A program made the position numbers and the translations under genes. From Actinomycetes bacterium (GTDB taxonomy: Bacteria; Actinomycetota; UBA4738; HRBIN12), in assembly GCA_021155985.1 (NCBI GenBank), contig JAJNBA010000005.1, forward strand, positions 61,855 through 125,854: DNA of 64,000 nt, read 5' to 3'. This document shows, piece by piece, positions 57,836 to 64,000 of this stretch (positions within the stretch are counted from its first letter, which is position 1; each line of letters begins with the position of its first letter). The notes beneath the pieces are model-generated. The model saw only the letters and a list, made by a program, of their open reading frames with translations. It was not told the origin of the DNA and searched no databases.

Positions 57836-58752
57836 ACGAGCACCTGCCCTTCGTAGGGATCCGTCGTCTCGATCTCGCGGTTCAAGACCGCGCGGATCGC
57901 GATCTCCTCCGACGCCATCGCCACGATGCCGTCGGACTCGTACAGGACGAGGGGTTTGGCGGCCATCTCGTCCTTCGCCACACCGAGCGCGTCCTGCGTG
58001 ACCGCCATGTAGGTGAACACGCCGTCGAGCTCATCGAGACTCCTGTGCATCGCATCCTCGAGGGAGTCGCCGTCGGCCATCTTCTCGGCGAGGTAGACGG
58101 CGATGATCTCGGAGTCGCACTCCGACTGGAACCGGTGACCGCTGGACTCCAGACGGCGCTTCCACTGGAAGTAGTTCGTCAGCTGCCCGTTGTGGACGAC
58201 CGCCACGTCGGAGAACGGATACGCCCAGTACGGGTGGGCGCCGGAGATGTCGACGTCGGATTCCGTGGCCATCCGCACATGCCCGATCGCGTGGGTGCCG
58301 CTGAACCCGCCGAGCCGGTAGAGATCCGAGACCTCCTGGGCGTCGCCCAGATCCTTCACGATCTCCAGGGAATGCCCGAGCGAGAGCACCTCGCACCCCG
58401 GCACGTCCTCGAGGTAGTCGGCCAGCGCCTTCATGTCGCCGTCATAGCGCACCGTCGCCCGGTAGGCGTATTCCGTCTCCCGCTCGACGCGATCCACCGA
58501 GGCGCCGATCTTGTGGAGGCGGGATTCCACCTCCTGGCGATGGCGCTCGAGTCGCTCCTTGAAGTCGAAGTCGCGTGGGTCGTTCGCATCGGCGAGCTTG
58601 AAGCGGATCACGACGAGCTCGGATGGCTCCCCGAAGAGCGCGTATCCGGACGAGTCGGGGCCGCGGTGCTTCATCGCCTGGAGCATGCGTGTCATCTCGC
58701 TCCCGACGTCAGATGAGCCGTCGCGATGGATGATGCCTGCGATGCCGCACAT
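57823..58752 (-). CDS. mgsA: Class-II (Ntn) glutamine amidotransferase domain protein (GltB domain-1-like; MgsA-like)
   Basis: 309 aa from ATG 58752 (MCGIAGIIHRDG...). Cys2 nucleophile and Ntn-amidotransferase core. Confidence 0.8.
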   Translation of the reverse strand: MCGIAGIIHRDGSSDVGSEMTRMLQAMKHRGPDSSGYALFGEPSELVVIRFKLADANDPRDFDFKERLERHRQEVESRLHKIGASVDRVERETEYAYRATVRYDGDMKALADYLEDVPGCEVLSLGHSLEIVKDLGDAQEVSDLYRLGGFSGTHAIGHVRMATESDVDISGAHPYWAYPFSDVAVVHNGQLTNYFQWKRRLESSGHRFQSECDSEIIAVYLAEKMADGDSLEDAMHRSLDELDGVFTYMAVTQDALGVAKDEMAAKPLVLYESDGIVAMASEEIAIRAVLNREIETTDPYEGQVLVWTR

Positions 58753-58817
58753 GGAGGGAAGAGCTCCTTTCTCGGTTCTTTGGTCGCCTCGTCTTCGGTC
58801 CTCGGGTCCTCTCGCTC

Positions 58818-60125
58818 CTAGGGAAGCACGTCCAGGTACTCGGCGACGTCCCAATCACTGACCGTCCCGATGAACCGCTTCCACTCATCCGTCTTGTAGT
58901 GCATGAACACCCGGTACATGTCTCCTGGGAGCGCCGTCTTCACCACGTCGTCCGCTGGGGGCCCCGGATCCAGGTTGCGGGCCAGTCCGTCCTTCATCGC
59001 CATCAGGAGCGCGGCGAACGACAGGTACGGGTTCACTGCCGAGTCCACGGACCGGTACTCGTACCGTCCGGGCGCCGAGATCCGCAGCGCGGTCGTCCGG
59101 TTCTGGAACCCCCAGTCGGCGAAGATCGGCGCCCAGAACCCCGCGTCGGCGAATCGCCGGTAGGAATTCACGGTCGGGGAGGTGATGCAGGTGAGCGCCC
59201 GGAGGTGCTCCAGCACGCCGCCGATCGCGTGCAGGCCGATCTTGCCCGGCACCCGCGGATCGTCCCCGTCGGGCATGAACATGTTCTCGTCGCCCTGCCA
59301 CAGCGAGATGTTGTGGTGGCAGCCGTTCGCGGAGACGCCCATGAACGGCTTCGGCATGAAGCACGCGAACGCGTTCATCTCCCTGCCGACCTGCCGGCAG
59401 ATCTGGCGGTAGGTCGTGAGTCGGTCGGCGGTGGCCTCGGCTTTGTCGAACATGAAGTTCAACTCGAGCTGTCCGGGCGCGTCCTCGTGATCCCCCTGGA
59501 TCATGTCGAGCCCCATGGCGTCGCCGTACTCCATCACCTTGTGGATGATCGGCTGGAGCTCGGAGAACTGGTCGATGTGGTAGCAGTACGGCTTGGTCTT
59601 GCCGTCCACCGACGGCGTGCCGTCGGGGTTCGTCTTCAGCCACATCATCTCCGGCTCGGTGCCGGCCCGGAGGTGCAGGCCCGTCTCCGCGGTGAACTCG
59701 TCGTGGAGCCGCTTGAGGTTGCCCCGGCAGTCCGACGTCAGGAACGCGCCGCCGTCGACCTCTTCCTCGCGGCCCCGGAAGAGCGTGCAGAAGACCCTCG
59801 CGGTCTTCCGGTCCCACGGCAGAACGCAGAACGTCTCGACGTCGGGGATGCCGACGAGCTCCCGGGCCTCCGGACCGTAGCCGATGTAGTTGCCGAGCCG
59901 GTCGACGAACAGGTTGGCGGTCGACCCGTACACGAGCTGGAAGCCCTTGTGCGCGATCGTCTCCCAGTGTTTGGCCGGGATACCCTTGCCCATGATTCGC
60001 CCGGTGACGGAGACGAACTGGTAGTACATGTACGTCACGCCTTCGGCCTCGATCTGCCGGCGAACCTCCTTGATCGCATCGTCGCGCCCGGACCGCTCCA
60101 CGAACTGCTCGATGTCGGTGGCCAA
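58818..60125 (-). CDS. gmaS: Glutamine-synthetase-family gamma-glutamyl-amine ligase (gamma-glutamylmethylamide synthetase / PuuA-like)
   Basis: About 435 aa from TTG 60125 with AAGGGAGG Shine-Dalgarno (MATDIEQFVERSGRDDAIKEV...). GS catalytic-domain motifs and beta-grasp N-domain VTYMYYQFVSVTGRIMGKGIP. The rest of track ORF 58818..61298 is noise. Confidence 0.8.
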   Translation of the reverse strand: MATDIEQFVERSGRDDAIKEVRRQIEAEGVTYMYYQFVSVTGRIMGKGIPAKHWETIAHKGFQLVYGSTANLFVDRLGNYIGYGPEARELVGIPDVETFCVLPWDRKTARVFCTLFRGREEEVDGGAFLTSDCRGNLKRLHDEFTAETGLHLRAGTEPEMMWLKTNPDGTPSVDGKTKPYCYHIDQFSELQPIIHKVMEYGDAMGLDMIQGDHEDAPGQLELNFMFDKAEATADRLTTYRQICRQVGREMNAFACFMPKPFMGVSANGCHHNISLWQGDENMFMPDGDDPRVPGKIGLHAIGGVLEHLRALTCITSPTVNSYRRFADAGFWAPIFADWGFQNRTTALRISAPGRYEYRSVDSAVNPYLSFAALLMAMKDGLARNLDPGPPADDVVKTALPGDMYRVFMHYKTDEWKRFIGTVSDWDVAEYLDVLP

Positions 60126-60287
60126 CTGACGCCTCCCTTCGGCGACCCTCCCGCGGGCCGGCTGGGCGCATCCTACGTCGAGTGCCCTGACCCGCGCCAC
60201 GCGCCGGACCTCGGTCCGCGGTCCGTAGGTGAGGGGTATCCTCACGCAGCCCCGGAACAGCCGGCGGGACCGAGGGGAGGCGAGGCC

Positions 60288-61958
60288 GTGAAGAGCGGGC
60301 TGGAGATCGCGCAGGAGGCCGTCCTTCGGCCCATCACCGACGTCGCGGCGGACGCCGGGATCCTCGGGGACGAACTCGAGCAGTACGGCCGATCGAAGGC
60401 GAAGGTCTCGCTCTCGATCCTCGATCGCCTGGCCGACCGGCCCGACGGCAAGCTCGTCATCACCACCGCCATCACCCCCACGAAAGCGGGCGAGGGCAAG
60501 ACGACGACGTCGATCTCGCTCGCCCAGGGCATGGGGAAGATCGGCAAGGACGTGATGCTGTGCCTCCGCGAACCGTCGATGGGACCCGTCTTCGGGATCA
60601 AAGGGGGCGGTAATGGAGGCGGCTACGCCCAGGTCGTCCCGATGGAGGAGATCAACCTGCACTTCAACGGCGACTTCCACGCCGTCCAGGCGGCGCACAA
60701 CCTCCTCGCGGCGGCTCTGGATGCATCGATCTACCACGGGAACGCGCTCGGGATCGACCCGGTCTCGGTGACCTGGCCCCGGACCCTCGACGTCAACGAT
60801 CGCGAGCTCCGGTACTCGGTGGTGGGGCTCGGGGGCAAGCTGCACGGCGTCCCGCGGGAGAACCAGTTCGTGATCGTGGCCGCCTCCGAGATCATGGCGG
60901 TGCTCGCGCTCTCGAACGACCTTCCCGATCTCCGGGCGCGGCTCGGCCGGATCGTGGTGGCCTCCACGTACGACGGGACACCGGTCACGGCCGAAGCGCT
61001 GCGGGTCGCCGGCGCGATGGCGGTGATCATGAAGGAGGCCATCAAGCCGAACCTCGTCCAGACGCTCGAGGGGCAGCCCACGCTGATCCACGCGGGGCCG
61101 TTCGGGAACATCGCGCACGCGAACAACTCGATCATCGAGGATCGGATCGCGCTGAAGCTCGCCGACTACGTCGTCACCGAAGCCGGGTTCGCCTCCGATC
61201 TGGGGTTCCAGAAGTTCTGCGACATCGTGTGCCGCATGGGCGGCTTCACTCCCTCCGCCGGCGTGCTCGTCACGACCGTACGCGCCACGAAGTCCCACGG
61301 CGGCATGCCGTTCGACCAGCTCGCGACCGAGGACGTCGAGGCCTTACGGCTCGGGATCGATAACCTCGCGGCGCACATCGGCATCGTGCGCGAGTACGGC
61401 CTCCCGTGCGTGGTCTCGATCAACGCCTTCCCGACCGACACCGGAAAGGAGATCGAGACGATCAGGGAGCTCGCGGGCGGCGCCGGTGCCGAGACCGTGG
61501 TGGTGAACCGGGCGTTCGCGGAGGGCGGCGCCGGCGCCACCGAGCTCGCCGAGGCCGTCGTCGCCGCGTGCGAGCAGCCGAGCTCGTTCCACCAGCTCAC
61601 GCCCGACGGCGCGCCGCTCAAGGAGCAGATCGAGGCGATCGCCACGCGGATCTACGGAGCGGACGGCGTCGACTACCAGGCTCAGGCCGAGAAGGACCTC
61701 GCCCGCATGGAGCAGCTCGGGTTCGGTGCGATGCCCGTGTGTATGGCCAAGACCCACCTCTCGCTGAGCCACGACCCGCTCCTGCTGAACAGGCCGACCG
61801 GCTACCGGCTCCCCGTCCGGGGTGTCGTGCCCAGCGCCGGCGCCGGGTTCGTGGTCGTGCTGTGCGGCGACATGCAACGGATGCCCGGCCTCGGCAAGAC
61901 ACCCGCGTTCATGCACGTCGACATGGACGCCGAGGGCCGCACCGTCGGCCTCTTCTAG
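60288..61958 (+). CDS. fhs: Formate--tetrahydrofolate ligase
   Basis: 556 aa from GTG 60288 with GGGGAGG Shine-Dalgarno (VKSGLEIAQEAVLRPI...). TPTKAGEGKTTT P-loop and strong FTHFS similarity throughout. Confidence 0.9.
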   Translation: MKSGLEIAQEAVLRPITDVAADAGILGDELEQYGRSKAKVSLSILDRLADRPDGKLVITTAITPTKAGEGKTTTSISLAQGMGKIGKDVMLCLREPSMGPVFGIKGGGNGGGYAQVVPMEEINLHFNGDFHAVQAAHNLLAAALDASIYHGNALGIDPVSVTWPRTLDVNDRELRYSVVGLGGKLHGVPRENQFVIVAASEIMAVLALSNDLPDLRARLGRIVVASTYDGTPVTAEALRVAGAMAVIMKEAIKPNLVQTLEGQPTLIHAGPFGNIAHANNSIIEDRIALKLADYVVTEAGFASDLGFQKFCDIVCRMGGFTPSAGVLVTTVRATKSHGGMPFDQLATEDVEALRLGIDNLAAHIGIVREYGLPCVVSINAFPTDTGKEIETIRELAGGAGAETVVVNRAFAEGGAGATELAEAVVAACEQPSSFHQLTPDGAPLKEQIEAIATRIYGADGVDYQAQAEKDLARMEQLGFGAMPVCMAKTHLSLSHDPLLLNRPTGYRLPVRGVVPSAGAGFVVVLCGDMQRMPGLGKTPAFMHVDMDAEGRTVGLF

Positions 61959-62322
61959 CCCTCGCAGCCGACCGGGCGTCGGAGGCACCGGCCGCGGCGA
62001 GGTGCCTGCGCCCACTCCGGACCGGGTGTTCCCCACCTGGCTCCGCTCCGAGCGGTATGGAACGATCGGATCGTGAGCGCCACCGCGACCGTCGCCGCCC
62101 TGCCTCGAACCCTCGGTGACGCGATGGCTCCGCGCGTGCGGGCGGCGGCCATCGTGGCGATCGGAGCCGGCGCCTTCGTCGTGGCGAGGCCGTGGCTCCC
62201 CCCGCCGGACCGTCCCGCGCGGGTTGGTCTTCGGCGGGTTCCTGCTGGCGACGATGGGCGCCTCGGTGATCGATGCGGGCAACGCCGACTTCGTGATCCT
62301 GGGGATCGCCTCCTGAATAGCG

Positions 62323-62673
62323 ATGTTCCCCGCGCTGTTCCTCGCGTTCGGAGTGGTTGCCTCGGCGGCGTACGCGGCTCTGGAGGCGCGGGTGCCGGCG
62401 GCCACCGCGCTCTCGCCTCGGATGTGGGCGGTCTCGGCGATCTGCGCCCTGCCGCTGATCCCGGGCGTGATCGGCCTGGCATTCGGGTTCGAGACGAAAC
62501 TCGGCATCCCGCTCGTCGCCGCGTGGGTGGCGATGCTCGCCGTTCCCGCCGTCGAGCGACGCGGACGTCACGGCACGGCGCAGATGCTCCGCGTCGGCGC
62601 GACGGCGGGGATGCTGGTCGTCGTCGGGCTCTCGGGTGCCGAGTACGTCGATAACGCGATCACGATCCTCTAG
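62323..62673 (+). CDS. Hypothetical small membrane protein (possibly the 3' part of a frameshifted / TGA-interrupted longer gene beginning near 62073)
   Basis: 116 aa, 4 hydrophobic helices, high GC3. Same frame as the upstream hydrophobic stretch ...GLVFGGFLLATMGASVIDAGNADFVILGIAS, from which it is separated only by TGA at 62317. Confidence 0.4.
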   Translation: MFPALFLAFGVVASAAYAALEARVPAATALSPRMWAVSAICALPLIPGVIGLAFGFETKLGIPLVAAWVAMLAVPAVERRGRHGTAQMLRVGATAGMLVVVGLSGAEYVDNAITIL

Positions 62674-62683
62674 CGGTGCCGCC

Positions 62684-63118
62684 TCAGCGGTCCCCGTCGA
62701 CCTCGTCCTCATCCTCGTCGGACGCGGTCACCACGCAGAATTCGTTGCCCTCGGGATCGAGCATGACGCACCACGTGCTGCCGTCCTCCTCGGCCCAGTT
62801 CCGGACGTGGGCCCCGAGCTCCTCCAAGCGCTGCACCTCGTCCTCGAGGGGCCCGTCCGCGCCCAGGTCCAGGTGGACGCGATTCTTCGCGGCCTTCTCC
62901 TCCGGCACCTCGGTGAAGAACAGGACGGGCAGTTCGGCGCCGACGGGTGGTTGGACCATCACCGATGGATCGTCCTCCGGGTCGTAGATCCCCTTCGACG
63001 CGAGGCGTTCGAGCTCCTCCTCGTCGTACGGGGCGACGGACCACCCCAGCGCATCCGCCCAGAAGCGGGCGAGCGGCGCGGCATCGTGGCAATCGAAGAC
63101 GACCGATTCGATCCTCAC
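62684..63118 (-). CDS. VOC-family (glyoxalase/bleomycin-resistance/dioxygenase fold) protein
   Basis: 144 aa (MRIESVVFDCHDAAPLARFWADALGW...). Single VOC domain. Confidence 0.75.
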   Translation of the reverse strand: MRIESVVFDCHDAAPLARFWADALGWSVAPYDEEELERLASKGIYDPEDDPSVMVQPPVGAELPVLFFTEVPEEKAAKNRVHLDLGADGPLEDEVQRLEELGAHVRNWAEEDGSTWCVMLDPEGNEFCVVTASDEDEDEVDGDR

Positions 63119-63168
63119 CGTCCTCGAAGCCTAGGCCAAGCAGCAGGTGGGCGCTCGGGTCGGAACCT

Positions 63169-63801
63169 TCAGGAGGAAAGACGCAGGAGGAAGGCTTCCT
63201 CCAGCTGCTGGAGGAGGGCGTCTGCCCGCGCTCGCAACGCGTCACACTCGTCGACGAGCCCTTGACCCGTCGCTTCGTCCTTGAAACCGGCGGCGTTGAT
63301 CCGAACGTTCGCCATGGCGGCGAGGGCGGCCGCGAACAGGAGCTGTCCCGCCGAGTAGCCGTCGGAGGCCGCGTGGGGGTTCCCCAGCGCGGTCGCATCC
63401 TCCGCCAGTTCCATCAACCCGACTGCTCGCGTCGCGAGCTGGAGCGGGACGGCCGCGGCGCCCGCGTACGCCTCCTGGATCCGCATCGTCCGCGAGGACT
63501 TCTCCTCGTCCGTCCCCTTGGGGAGCCGGAACGCGTCCATCACCGACTGGAACGCGGCGGCGTCCTCGTCGGCGAGGGCCAGGAAGGTCTCGCGCTCCCC
63601 CTCCGCCGAGTCCACCAAGGAGCGCATGCGGGCGTCCAGATCCTCGAAGCCTTCCTTCCCGACGGTGAGGTGGCCCACCATCGCGATCAGGGCCGCCCCC
63701 ATCGCCGCGGCGACCCCGGCGGCAGCACCACCCCCCGGGGTCGGCGATGCCGAGCCGAGCTCGTCCAGCCACGAACCGATCGCGTCGTCGCGCGTGCCCA
63801 T
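63169..63801 (-). CDS. Methenyltetrahydrofolate cyclohydrolase / formiminotetrahydrofolate cyclodeaminase family protein (FtcD C-domain-like)
   Basis: ATG 63801 with GGAGAGAGAGGAGA Shine-Dalgarno (MGTRDDAIGSWLDELGSASPTPGGGAAAG...); an alternative GTG lies at 63828. All-helical cyclodeaminase domain. Confidence 0.8.
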   Translation of the reverse strand: MGTRDDAIGSWLDELGSASPTPGGGAAAGVAAAMGAALIAMVGHLTVGKEGFEDLDARMRSLVDSAEGERETFLALADEDAAAFQSVMDAFRLPKGTDEEKSSRTMRIQEAYAGAAAVPLQLATRAVGLMELAEDATALGNPHAASDGYSAGQLLFAAALAAMANVRINAAGFKDEATGQGLVDECDALRARADALLQQLEEAFLLRLSS

Positions 63802-63838
63802 CGAGGTCTCCTCTCTCTCCCTTTCCACGAGATCGGGC

Positions 63839-64000
63839 TCAGCCGGTCTCGACCAGCCGTTCCAGGATCTGCGTCTCCGGCGAGAAGCCGGCGAGTCGCA
63901 CGTGCTCCGCCGTTCCGCCCGGAAGGGCCGCCTCCGGCGCGAGGCCGACGATCTCGGAGTCGATCACCTCGAGCCCGCGTGCGGCCGCCGCGCGCACGAC
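63839..64000 (-). CDS. Glutamate formimidoyltransferase domain protein, C-terminal fragment (gene continues beyond the window)
   Basis: Minus-strand translation ...VVRAAAARGLEVIDSEIVGLAPEAALPGGTAEHVRLAGFSPETQILERLVETG ends with a stop at 63839..63841. The reading frame is open to the window edge. Confidence 0.55.
   Translation of the reverse strand, partial: VVRAAAARGLEVIDSEIVGLAPEAALPGGTAEHVRLAGFSPETQILERLVETG

Noticed and set aside
58899-60287. N-terminal 463 codons of the 1019-aa ORF that contains fhs.
   Set aside because: Only the part from GTG 60288 matches formate-THF ligase; the upstream part is antisense to gmaS and is low-complexity.
62317-62319. Second in-frame TGA (in the membrane-protein region) considered as another selenocysteine codon.
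   Set aside because: No homology context for a Sec residue and no downstream hairpin; it sits at a probable gene boundary or pseudogene lesion.

Overview
High-GC (~70%) actinobacterial-type chromosomal window, densely coding on both strands, with about 60 supportable genes. No rRNA, tRNA, CRISPR array, transposase or integrase was seen; most long antisense ORFs in the track are GC-driven shadow ORFs. The ORF track counts GTG/TTG as start codons.

Main content, in order:
- 0-4 kb: ECF sigma factor, family-4 uracil-DNA glycosylase, ornithine aminotransferase.
- 4.6-12.8 kb: a co-directional envelope-modification operon. DUF402 protein, OatA-like acyltransferase-3/SGNH, SufS/CsdA-like class V aminotransferase, a large polytopic membrane protein, UDP-sulfoquinovose synthase (SqdB/SQD1), and a DPM1/GtrB/ArnC-type polyprenyl-phosphate glycosyltransferase. 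A diverged paralog of the membrane protein sits at 20.6-22.5 kb. I interpret this as a possible lipid-carrier-mediated sulfoquinovosylation system, which would be the most novel thing in the window.
- 12.8-16.4 kb: psuK-psuG (pseudouridine catabolism), then thiE and an AIR-synthase-related gene behind a clear TPP riboswitch.
- 17-20 kb: a PASTA Ser/Thr kinase whose N-terminus is not in frame, and endonuclease IV.
- 23-29.5 kb: threonine aldolase, two tandem 6-phosphofructokinases (one with PPi-type residues, one with ATP-type), an EEP nuclease, carbamate kinase, and a P-loop protein I recall as cyclic-2,3-diphosphoglycerate-synthetase-like.
- 29.7-31.3 kb: an MFS transporter fused to a cNMP-binding domain, disrupted by at least three frameshifts (pseudogene).
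- 32.2-39.4 kb: a NAD-linked formate dehydrogenase module. mobA; an Fe-S N-terminal fragment of the alpha subunit; a fused NuoE/NuoF-like subunit; a separately initiated molybdopterin catalytic subunit carrying an in-frame TGA that aligns with the selenocysteine of FdhF, with a downstream hairpin; a divergent VIT-family transporter; and fdhD. The alpha subunit appears naturally split around the diaphorase gene.
- 39.9-64 kb: a methylated-amine / C1 catabolic island. It holds a heterotetrameric sarcosine-oxidase-like soxBDAG set (may be N-methylglutamate dehydrogenase), an APC permease, an acyl-CoA dehydrogenase, a DUF1989-GcvT fusion, a PhyH-family oxygenase, a flavin reductase fused to a cNMP-binding domain, PuuB-like and PuuD-like genes, glutamate-synthase-like GATase/GXGXG/FMN trio (mgsABC-like), a gamma-glutamylmethylamide-synthetase-like GS (gmaS), formate-THF ligase, methenyl-THF cyclohydrolase/cyclodeaminase and a partial formimidoyltransferase.

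Several apparent frameshifts and in-frame stops (kinase, MFS-cNMP, a zinc-ribbon ORF ahead of soxD, a membrane protein at 62 kb) are flagged. They could be sequencing indels or genuine gene decay.
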